NCBI GenBank assembly: GCA_001643675.2
Contig: LSRY02000051.1
Span: forward strand, 434,001 to 498,000
DNA: 64,000 bases
DNA from: Monocercomonoides exilis PA203
Taxonomy: Eukaryota; Protista; Preaxostyla
Direction: 5' to 3'
The translations under genes were made by a program, and so were the position numbers. Of this stretch, positions 51,001-62,404 are shown piece after piece (the stretch's first letter is position 1; every line of letters starts with the position of its first letter). The notes beneath the pieces are model-generated. The model saw only the letters and a program-made list of their open reading frames with translations, searched no databases and had not been told where the DNA came from.

Positions 51001-53277
51001 CGCTTCCTCATAACTGCCGCCACTAAATCCCGTGCATTTAACCACAAGCCCCGTAAACTTGCTGTTCGTTACACTTCCTCTGACACATCCCTCAATCTCC
51101 ACCCCTCGCCCACTCACAAAACTAGAATCACCATCTTCCGTAGCTCCACTAATCGCTGCTCCCGAAATAATGAAACTATCCGCCTTCGCCACACGCACAA
51201 GGCTGCTGTCAGTTTCTGTGCAATAACAATTTGCTATATGAATATGTGATATATCAATTTCCATCCTTTCGCTTCCAATATTATTTTCGATATTTATGAG
51301 ATATTTCTTATATGTGCAATTTATTAATGATAATGAAAATGCTATCTCTTCATTTTCATTGATGTTTGTTATTAATAAAGAAGATGGGCTTTCAGATAAA
51401 AATGTTAAAGTTCCTGATATCATGAATAAGAATGATTTTATGAAGCAATTTTGGACATTCACTTGATGGAAGAAAAGCTTTCCAGCTTTGAGTGTTATTA
51501 TCGTTAAGTGTGAGGCATCTGTGTCTGTTTCTTGAGTAAACAAGCACTGAGAAAATGATAAGGTGTAATTATTTGAGTTGTTCACCTCGGATGTTATAAA
51601 AGAAATATCACCTGTTTGATTAGATATAAAGGATATTTCAAGCCTTGTAAAGGAGCACTGCGTAGTGACTTCAATTAGAGCTTGTTCAGTCGATGTAATT
51701 CTTATATTCATTTTCGAATTGGCATTATCGTTGGGGTTTCCACATACATTAAAAGGTAGATCTGTCAAAATTAAGAGTTCATTGAGTACAAATTCATTCA
51801 TGAGTATAAGTTCTCGCTCGCATATTCCTAAAAAAGTGTTGCTTAATGCATACATAATTGATCCACAAGGGTTGTATTGCGTCCCACAATTTGGATTATC
51901 GTTTGTAATATTTGAATTGAAATAAAAAACATTGCCTTCTGGTGTAAGGTAATCAATTATTGAGATGATTGTATTATCATCGGGTGAAGCCTGATATCTG
52001 GTTTTGTTGTCGTTTTCTGACATGTCAAAAGCGAAATATTCTGTGGTGGCTACCAAATTATACAAAGAAGATTTTAAAAATATATTCATTCCATTTGTCG
52101 CACTGCAGGAATTTTCTCCTATTCCAAATGTGAGATTCTTAAATACAAAATCCAATGATCTTAGTTGAAGATTCAAGTATATTGCTCCACCTTTTGTGCT
52201 CTGTTCAGATGAGTTTGCATTGCATGATTCGAAAGTTGAAGAATTTAACTCAAGGCGGACTCCACGCATTAAATCAATATATAATGCGCCTCCTTTTAAC
52301 CCATTCTCTACCAAGGTGCAATTACGAAAAGTGCTATTTGAAATGCTTAGAAAAGGATCAGTCGGTTTCCCTCCCGTGAATTTGATGCAACTTCCACAAT
52401 TTCCAGTATTTCCAAGAGTTTCCTCTTTAAAATTCAAAATAACAGAAGAAAAATTGGATTTAGAAATAGTGAACTGATTAGCCATTTCTATGCTGAAAAG
52501 CGATGAATGAATGTTTAAAAATTCGAAGTTTGATTCTGTTATAGTGGCTATTGAAGAAGATTTCACATTAATAATCCCTTTCGAACTTGTTAAAATAGAT
52601 GAACAAGGAGTGTTCGAGCCAAATTCAGAGCAATTATCATTTGGTCTTATGGACAAATTTTCGAATTTGCAATTCGCATTCTCCCCTGAAATATCTAAAA
52701 GAGAATTTCCAAATGTCTCTGGCAAAATAATTTCAACCCCAATCATTTCCAGTGAAGCATTTTCCATTTTAATAAATGCTGTTTCTTCGTTGCTAAATGT
52801 TTGAAGGAAAATTTCCAAATAACTCATCATTGTTTCAGAATGGAACTCAAGTGAAGGAAAAGTTGAATCAGAGCCGGTGACATCAATGCTCGCATTGCTT
52901 TCTTCAGATAAAGTGATTGCGCAATTGAAATTTTTTGATTCTGTTATTGTTGTTTTTCCGTTGATTTTGACAAAAAATGGTCCGGTTTTATTGAAAATAG
53001 TTGTCAAGCTGCAACATGGAGAATTCTCTCTACAGTCGTTCGTATCTTCTCCGTCATTTTCGTTAACATAATAGAGTTCATCAGCGTTCTTAGACGTGTG
53101 ACTTTTTAAGGTGAAACAGAAAAAACATCACAATAAAAAAAATCACAATTTATGCAATGAAGAAAGAAAAATTGCAAAATTAATTTCAAACATTTTTGGC
53201 TCAAAACTGTATGTTTCTCCAATTTGCGATAAAATAAAGAAATAACAGAAGCAAACACACAGCAGGCAAAAACCCAT
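45088..53277 (-). CDS. Giant (about 2699 aa) Pmp-like modular beta-helix type I membrane protein; exons 53277-53192 and 53101-45088
   Basis: Signal-peptide exon MGFCLLCVCFCYFFILSQIGETYS is joined in phase via a 90-nt intron. Recurrent GGA(I/L)Y and CGxxxxPCxxI motifs; TM WSIIAFIACVVIIVIMIIAFIILAVLY followed by RKK. Confidence 0.9.
49244..51201. repeat. Identical 200-bp direct repeats (49244-49443 and 51002-51201), 1758 bp apart, inside the giant surface gene
   Basis: Base-by-base identical by eye from GCTTCCTCATAACTG to CACACGCACAAG; both encode LVRVAKADSFIISG...GGSYEEA. Confidence 0.95.
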
Positions 53278-54163
53278 TCGTAAAAATAAAAAACTTCTTA
53301 TGGGGAAGCTATGAAATTGTGATAATTTTTCTGAAAAGCTAATTAATTTGTTATTAATGAGAAAAGTTAATCTCAAAGTTCATGCCTTTTCTTCCTCTTT
53401 TTCATTTTGAAAATGAATTGATTCTGTATTACAATTTTTCGGTGAAGATGTTTCTTTTTGAAGGTTTTCCACGATAAAGAAAGATCAGATAAAGAAAGTT
53501 GGTAAATTTTTGTTTGAAATTTGCAAAGATAGAAAAATATTCATTTTATGAAAACAATCAATCAATCAAACAAACAAACAAAGAGAAAAAAAAGAAAAAA
53601 AAAGAAAAAAAGATAAAAAAGAAAAAAAAACTCTTTGGAAGTTTCCTGTCATTTATTTTTTCTTCCCCCCAAAATGCTCTTAAAAGTCAAATAAAATTTT
53701 GTTTTCATAAAGAAAAGGAACAAGGAATGTGTGTGTATGTGAATGAGGATTTGACAAATAATTCACACAAAATGAACATAATGATGCTCGTTTAAGTGCC
53801 GTTCGATCACAAAATGGAGAAAGATATGAAAACCATTCATTCTCCAGATTTCAATTTATAATTGTTATTTGTACAATAACAACCAGAAAGAAATTAGAAT
53901 TTTCAACAAAGTTTGAGATTATTATGTTTTTCAATAAACAGTTGATAATAAGAAAATTTTGAAAGCTTTGAACAAATTAGCTGTTGCCTTATTTTTTAAT
54001 ATGATTACAACAAAAAGGAAATTCTAAAAAACATAAAAAAAAAAACCGTAGACAAAATTAAACAACATAAAATAACAAAATATCAATCTGATAAACTCTA
54101 AATAAGTTTTTGTAGGATATAGCATTAAACATTTTTATTACACATAAACAATATCAAACTCTT

Positions 54164-57100
54164 CTAAGAAGCAGAAATCATAATTGAAGAAGGAAGAGCA
54201 TTTGATGTCTGGGAGAAAGGAACTTGCTTTAATTCAATTAATTCGCATTCAGTCCATGGATGGCTCATCGTCACCTAAAAACAATCGATTGATCAATATA
54301 AAAATCATAATTGTTAAAAATGTTATTAAAAAAATTAAATGAATATTGCAAACAGCAAAATAGAATCGTTCAGGAATTTTTGTGATAACAATTGGCAATT
54401 GTGATTCGTTCATGAAAATGTAGAGGCATCTCGAAGCACAATTAACTTCAACAGAAATGGCATCGTTGAACGAGAAAGAAAAAGGCAAGCAACTGTCTGG
54501 CTTGATGATTTGAACGCGGTGAGCCAAAGGCAACGAGGAATCAGAAGCTGTATGTTGAATAGAGGAAGGACCCGAAGAAACCGCAGAGACTGGAGGTGGA
54601 TATGAAGAAAGCAAGGGGTGTGAATGAGAGAAGGAGCGAGGCAGAGACACAGACGAATAATTTCCAGTTCCAGTTGAAGATGAGTCTGGTGGATTATTCG
54701 GCGTGCGATGAGAAAGCAACGAAGAACTGAGAAAAAAGCCTGATGAAAGAATTGATACTCCAGAAACATCAGATCCCAGTACACCAGAACACAAAGACGA
54801 AGATGAAACACGAAGAAGGCCAATACCAAAAACAGGTTCAGTATTTGAAGAAGATGTGTTTAATGAGTTGTGAAATGCAGGTGTGCTTGAGGCTGATGGC
54901 ATTGCAGATAGAGATGGAGGAGGATGGGGAGCAAGAGAGGTTGATGGCACAGATGGAGAAGAGGCCGAGATGAGGAAAGATGGAGGAGGACGAGGCGGAA
55001 GGGGCGGCGGTGGAGTCGAAGGAAAAGCTCCAGGAATGCGGATGGACAAATGAGAAGACGGCATCAAGGAACTTGGAGAGGCGGAATGGGACAAAGAAGA
55101 TAGCGAAGAAGAAGGTGTGTATGCTGAGAACGAAGCAGAGCGGGAGCGCTGATGCACATTCTGCCCTTGCTGCTGGATCGATGGAAGTGGAGGTGGTGAA
55201 GTGGGGAAGGTAAATGGTGTTTGTGGCTGAAATGAATGAAGAGAAGATTCATGTGCAACAGATTTTTCTTCTTTTCTTTCTTTTTCCTTTTCGTTCTCGT
55301 TTTGTCTTCCTCCAATAAATCGAACTGTGAAGCGCCAGACGCCTACAGCCATCATTTTCTTGATAGGAACTGTAATTGGTGTGCTTGATACGCAAAGAAG
55401 ATGACGTCCGAATGCAATTGCTGGAGGAAGAGGAGGTGAATGGAATGGAAATGAGAAAAATGAAAGAACTGCAGAATGAGAAACGGAAGAAGAAGAAGAA
55501 GAAGAAGAAGAGTGCCGATCTAGCAAGTCTGGTGTATTTCTTTCAATCATTACGTCTGCTTTTGAATCTGCTCCTTCATTTCCCTTCATTTTTCTCATTC
55601 TGATTCTCATCCTCTGCTGAATGTTCAAAGCTTCTTTCCAGTTTGGTTTGCTTGCTTCCCAACACAATCCATCTTTGCTTTCATCCACTGACACAAACAT
55701 CAAGCAGAGCTGTGCTTTTTCACGTGCACTTTTAGGAAGAGCAACAGGCAACGAATTTGAAACAGAATCAGAAATTGCAGAAATGATACAATCAGTCTTC
55801 TCTTCCTTCTTCTCTTTCTTTCTTTCTCTATATTTATCCTTTTTTCCTGCCGCATCAAAGTTGCCTCCTTCTTCTCTGGAACAGCACAGTCCTTCAATTA
55901 GAAAACGAAGCATCTGTTTCGCCTTCTCATTCAAATTCTTCCCTTTCAACAGATAAATCACACTTGATGCACAACTCTGTTTCATGTGTAGAGAAGCCAC
56001 TGCATCAAACTCGGAAAATAGTTTGTAAAACAATCCAGACTCAATAAAGTGCTCATAAAAGAAGTTAATGTCAGAATATTGGTACTTCATTTTCTCGATT
56101 CCTTTTGATTTTCCTTCTTCATTTTTGGGCTCTTCTTTTTCTTCTGTTGGACTTTGTTTTTCTTTCAGTCTTTTCATTCCAACTCCAGCACCTTTTGCAG
56201 CAATGATCTCTATTGCTCCCAAAACATCACCAATTGCTTTTTTCTTTTCCTTTTTGTGGAAATAAGAAAGAAGATGCGACAGAACAAGCAACAGATTCAA
56301 CTCGATCATGTGATATATTTGTTCGACTGTTGACGAAGAGCACAAAATACATAGAAGACGGAGAAGAGAAGAGAAAAGCGGAGATTGATGAAAAGAAGAG
56401 TTAGAAAACGAGGTTAAAGGTGGCTCGGATGATGTTTTATCATCCTTAATTTGACTATCTTCACAGTTGTTTTCTGTTTTTTTGCTTTCATCGTCATGGA
56501 CAACAACAATCCAATCTTCTCCTTCGAATTCTTCTCCCTTTTCTTCTTTGACTTTTCTTTTTGTCGTTTTCTCTCCATCTGCACTTCCCAACGATACTTC
56601 TCCACATTCCTCAAATTCAGGATCTAATGCCTTGAATATTGTTGTCACAAAGTTTGATTCAAGTATCTTAGCAATGGCAGCTGGCTTGTCTGTCACCAGA
56701 TGCCCCAAAATCCAAAGACACACTTCTGACAATGTGACTTTGTCAACAAATGAAAAAGAGGGCTGCACAATATTGGAAGATGCCATTGGTTTGCTCTTTG
56801 ATTCTTCTTCCTTGTGTGATTTATTTTGACCATTTTGCAATGTATTGTCCGCCACACAGTTTTTACTGTCGTTGTGTTCATTTTGCTCAGACAGAACGTT
56901 TTCAACAAGTTTTATTGTGAGTTCAATCATACCGTTTCGGATGAGCTCATCACGAAATACGTCTTTGGATTTTCTGTGATGGTTGATTGTGCCATATGAT
57001 GAAGGCATCGAAGGAGGAGGAGAAGAGGAAGAGGAAGAAGAAAAAGATGAGAGTGAAGAAATCGAATGGCTTGCTGCTGAATCAGTGCTTTTCTTTTCAT

Positions 57101-60100
57101 TTTCTTTGAGATCGAAGCAACTTTTGTGGAATCCTTCGTGTTCTTCAAAACATTCTCCGTCTTCATCATCTTCCACTTTGTTCTTGGCGATATCCATCAG
57201 AACTAAAGCAGCAGAAAGTGAAGCTGAAAACACAGGAGATGATTCAACCACACGAACAAGAACCGAAATGAAATGCTGGCTGAGGAAGACTGGATGGTTT
57301 GCTGAAAAATATGATATAATTTGAAGAATGTAATAATTAAATAGAGAAAGAGGGTGAAAGAGAAATAAAATAACAGGGAATATATTTCAAAAAATCCGAA
57401 AAAATAGTACGAACACAAAACAGATACAAAGATGACCAATTAAAGAATATTCAATTTTATAAATAATCATTCAATATATCCGCATTCATTCAAAACAAAG
57501 CAAAACAAAAACAAATACAAAAACAAATTGTTATTAAATCTCTCTGTTTTTCTCTCTCTTCCATACATTTCCCATCAGCCAGGGACAGTATTGCACCGCA
57601 AGCTCTGTTCGCTGTCTCCTCGTTCTGCGACATCAGCATGAACTTCAGCACAGACAAGACATACCTCGACCTCTCGTTCAGCATCATCGCCTTGTGCAAT
57701 GAGCACAAAATGCACACGACTGTTTCCGTGTGCAGCGGCGAGCGGTTCAGCTGAAAGACGTTCAGCATCAGCTCAAAGGGGAATGTGCACATCGAACACG
57801 GACAGCCAGACACAGTCAGAGATGGATGCAGCGAGCAATAGCGGCAGGTGCATGCAGATGCTGCTCCATTCAATGATCCATTCAATGATCCATTTATTGT
57901 CCCATTTGAGCTGTCTGGTCCAAACAGTCCTGGTTTGCACACCTGGCAGCTGCAAGTCTCCATAAACGTGCTCAGCACCTCGTTCCACTTTCCTCTCTCC
58001 GCCCGCTTTGCCCCCATTTCTGTGAGAATCTCGAGAATTTGCAGGACGAAGAGGGGAATATCGGACACATCGCGATACAGCAGGACAGACAATGTGGATG
58101 TGATGAGCTCTTTTTCGAATGGGAATTGAACTACAACAGAAGAAGAAGAAGAAGAAGAAGAGGAGGAGGAGGAGGAGGAGGAGGGAGTTGATGAAATGTC
58201 TGTTTGAAATGAAGAGGAGGATGAATGTGAAACGAAGGAAGAGGAAGATGAAGCGGAAGAAGGAGATGGAGGAGAAGATGAAGAAGACGAAGAAATGAAA
58301 GATCTCAGCAGATTCAGCAGAAAACAAAGGAGAATATCGACACAATCTCTGTGTGTGTGAAATGGAAGATTCTGATAAAGTGGAGAAGAAGAAGAAGAAA
58401 GATTTGAAGAATCAGAAGAAAGTGAAGAAGAAGAAGAAGAAGATGATGATGATGATGATTGCTTTTCAGATCCAAGAGATTCCAAGTTGAATGAGCAGTT
58501 TCTAACCAAAGGGAACTGCTGAAAGGAAAGAACGGGGTGAAGACTGCGAAGTTGAGGAGTGACAATACAAAAGGGAGAGTTAATCATTGAATTGCGCTGC
58601 TTGGACTTGGCAAAGTCTCTTGAATTGGGAGGAAGAGGAGAAAGAGAGGAAGAAGAGGAGGAGGAAAAAGAGGAGGAAGAAGAGGAGGAAGAAGGAGAAA
58701 ATGATGATGATTGAGACGAGCCAAAGGGAAAGGAGGGAGAAGGAGAAGAAGAGCTTGAAGTGAGTGAAGTGGAGAAGCGATATGAAGGAGAAGAGGAAGA
58801 CGGTGTGGTTGCAGATGGCTGTGATGAAGTGACCGAAGAAGGGAAATGCGAAGAGGATGAACCGACTGAGGCACGTGAAGAAGGATGAGAAGAGGAAATT
58901 GAATTGACTGGGAGAGAAAAACGAGATGGGCGTGAAGAAGAAGAAGAAGAAATGGAAGAAGAAGAGGAAGAGGAGGAAGATGATGATGAAAGAGAAGAAG
59001 CTGAAGAAGCAAAAGCAGAAGGAGAAGAAGAAGGAAACGTGCTGAATGAGCTCTCATCTTGTTCGTCGAAGCATTTTGAGAGGAGATGCACAGCTGAAAT
59101 GACAAGTTTGATGAGTTTTGGGTGTGACATGACAGAATCCAACACATTTGACAGCTGAAGAGGAAGGTTGGCGAGGGTGATGCAGGCTTCGGTGAGGAGA
59201 GGGACGGAAAGGGGGTTGATTGATGATATGTGTGAAGAAGAGGAGGAAGGAAATGCGAAAGATGAAGTGTTTGATTGTGTTGGTGATTGTGGGGGAGAAG
59301 AAGAAGAAGAAGACGACGAAGATAGCAACGAAGGTGAAGAATGTGTTGGGGAAAGAGGAGTTGGATGAGATGACTGAAGTGATGAAGAAAAGAGAGAATG
59401 AGAAGGCGAAGTTGCAGAAGAAGAGGAAGAAGATGAAGATGAAGACAAGGATAAGGGAGATGGGACAAGAGGAGAGCCATGAAGAGATAACTTGGACTTT
59501 TGTTTTGAGGAGCCTGCTAAAGGAAGAGGGGAAGAAGAGGAAGAAGAAGATGATGATAACGATTGAGCTGTTAATGATTCATCCATTGGCACACTGTCTG
59601 TCTCAAACAATGCCATCAAGTGTGATGAAATGATGCTGCAGAGTCTGTCCAGCAAGCCCAGTGAAATCAGATGAGTGATAGCAAAATTGAGAGAAGAGAG
59701 AGAAAAAGAAGAGGAAAGCAGAAAATCCTGAATGCCCCGCAAGGCAGCGATGTATGCCTCGAAGGACGAGAGAGAGGAGGAAAGAGGATTTGGGCTGAGG
59801 TTGGAAGAAAGCGATGGGTTGGGTTGTTATTCAAAAGAGTGAAGAAAAATAGCAGGTGTGGAGGGGAAAATGCATAAGTTAAATATGATAGTTGGAAGGG
59901 GAAAAGAAGATAAGGCAAGTTAGAAAATATTAAAAATTAATAAATAAAGTGAAATTGTTGGCATACTCATTTTCTCTCAATTTGCCGAACCAGTTGTTAA
60001 CGTCGATGTTTTCCTTTTGTGAGCTTTCTTTCTTTTCTGCTTCTTCGCGTGCTTCATCACTTTTTGAGGGGATTTTTGAGAGTTGAATGGAAGAAGGTCT

Positions 60101-62145
60101 TATTAGAGCATCAGTTGAAACAGTTGAAGAAGAAGAAGAGGAAGACGAAATAGAAGAAGAAGAGGAAGAAGAAGAAGATGAAGACATTTGCGATGTTTGT
60201 GAATGAGAAGATGATTTGATTGAGATGGCAGTGTCTGTGAGTGGAGAAGGTGATATGCTTGAAAGATGCTGTGAATATGTTTGGTGGATAAAATGGTATT
60301 GCCGGCGAAGATTGGCTCTGAAAAGGAAATTTAAACATAACACGAAAAACACACAAAATATAACGTTTTTTTGTTTACATTTTAATAAAAAATGAAAGAT
60401 TCAGTTGAGAATAAACAAAAAATGATCAATAAACAAGAACAAGCAAACAGATACTCCTGCTGCTTCTGCTTTGTCATATCGAGCACTGATGATGATGTTG
60501 AAGGCATAATAGAATCTGAAGAAGAAGAAGAAGAAGATGATGATGATGATGAGGATGAAGACTTCACAGTGAATGAAGTGTAAGTTGCACAATCTGAGTG
60601 TTCATCCAGCCACTCACGCATTCTCCGCAGAAGAAGCGGCTTTTGAAGGATTTCAGAGGCAGTTGGACGCTTTGAGGGCTCCTGTTGTGTGGGAGATGAT
60701 TGTAAAAAGGTAACAGAGAGAAGGAAGATGGAAAAAGAAAGGAAAAAGGAAGGGGGAAAAAGGTTTAAAAAGAATTGATATGTGCAGTGAAACAAAGAAG
60801 AGCATTTAAATTCAAAAGATGAAATTGAATAAAGAAATAAAATAAAATAAAATAAAATAAAATAAAATGGAAAATATAGAAAAATGAAATGTTGTATCTG
60901 CTAATGAACATCACACACACCGTCTGTAACAAGCACATAATCAGATCAATCACCTCTTCCGACACATCTTCTCTTTGCACAAATGTTCCCGCGCTCTTCA
61001 TCTTCATTCGCTCCACACTCGTTTCTTTTCCTTCACTTTTACCTTTCTCTTCATTGCTTCTTCCACCTCCACCGCCTCCACCGCCAAAATCAATCTTTCC
61101 TGTCTCAATCACCATCAGAAGCTCAATGATGCTTGAGGCTGCAAACGGGACTCGCAAATAGCACAGCTCAAACAGCAGGCACCCCAATGACCAGATATCT
61201 GATGCATAATTATAGCTGAATCATTTATAATAGCAGATAATCAGTTTATCCAATAATATTTGAGACAAATTTTAAACGCAATCAGAGAAAGCAAATAAAA
61301 TTGTTTCAAGTCAAAAACACAATAAAAATAATAAGTTGCATTTGAGGATTAAAGAAAATAAAAAGATGATAAACTTTTCTCCTTTTAGCATTTCTGGGCT
61401 CATATAGAATGGCGTTCCAATCAAGGTACTAGCCATATTAATTGTGCTTCTCAAATTCCTTGATACTCCAAAATCGCCTAAATGAATGTTTGATAAGTAA
61501 CATAATACAGTTTCATAATGCAAACCTATTTTAGCAACGTTTCCCACAGATAACAGAATGTTCTCAGCTTTTATATCTCTATGAAGTATATGTTGTTTAT
61601 GAATCGTATCAATAGCAAACGTAACGTGCGTAAAGAGATCCAGTACTTCCTAAAAAAAAGTTAAACAAGTTAAGTGCATTTAAATGTTTTGTATTAAATG
61701 TAAATAGAACAATTTATTATCAGCAAACTGATTGAGGAAGAGCTTTTCCCATAGACTTTTGTCTGTTCAAGTAGTGCCCAAGGTCTCCGTTTTCACAATG
61801 CTCCATTACTATGAAAATGGTGTCTCCATCAACAAAACTCTTGATAAATTGTACTATAAACGGAGAATGAAAGAGACAAAGAATAGATATTTCTTTTTCA
61901 ACGTCTTCAGCTTCCTCATCGCACATGCATTGTATTGTTTTTAGCACAACTTTTTGTCCAGAATTTTTGTGTTCTGCAAGATAAACTTTGCCATAGGCTC
62001 CTTGCCCAATAAGTTTGATAACAGTATCTGAGAATAAATCAAAAAATCAACATATTAAAACAATTGGTTAAAATTATTATTTACAAAAATTAATTAAACA
62101 ATCGTTCTTTCCATGGGTGTCTTCAGGGTCCTCCCAATTGTCCAT
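54164..62145 (-). CDS. NEK-like Ser/Thr kinase fused to Ser-rich/armadillo-like repeats and a C-terminal SPRY/B30.2-like domain (about 10 exons)
   Basis: Spliced kinase: IGQGAYGKV, VVLK, EKEISIL, HRDIKAENIL, KI/GDFGVSR, IGTPFYMSPE, SDIWSLGC, KRPTASEIL. ARM-like helices (EACITLANL, CLWILGHL, NRACGAILSL). SPRY-like GVWRFTVRF...FGIGL...DAISVEVN...LYIFMN...IPERFYFA. Confidence 0.88.
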
Positions 62146-62404
62146 AAAAAGAAAATAAAAAAGAGCCAATCAAAAAAACTAATTAAGGCTAGATGATCAA
62201 AAAAGAAAAAAAAATGTGAAATCCAAAATTTGCAAAACATGAAAAAAGAAAATAACCTACTAATTGGAAGTGTCATCCAATATTTTATTGGCACATAATT
62301 TAAACAGATAAAACATAAATATGAATTGAAATAAATGTGAATTGGGGGATATGAACAAAATGCTTGAAATGAATGATTTATGAAATGAAGTGATAGGTTT
62401 CTTT

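Noticed and set aside
49244-51201. LTR retroelement or transposon bounded by direct repeats
   Set aside because: The interior is in-frame surface-protein sequence homologous to its flanks; no gag/pol/transposase, TG..CA ends or target-site duplication seen.
62146-62404. Fusion of the C2 protein to the downstream kinase
   Set aside because: The C2 gene has an in-frame TAA at 62405 with no obvious donor before it, and the kinase has its own ATG exon at 62145.
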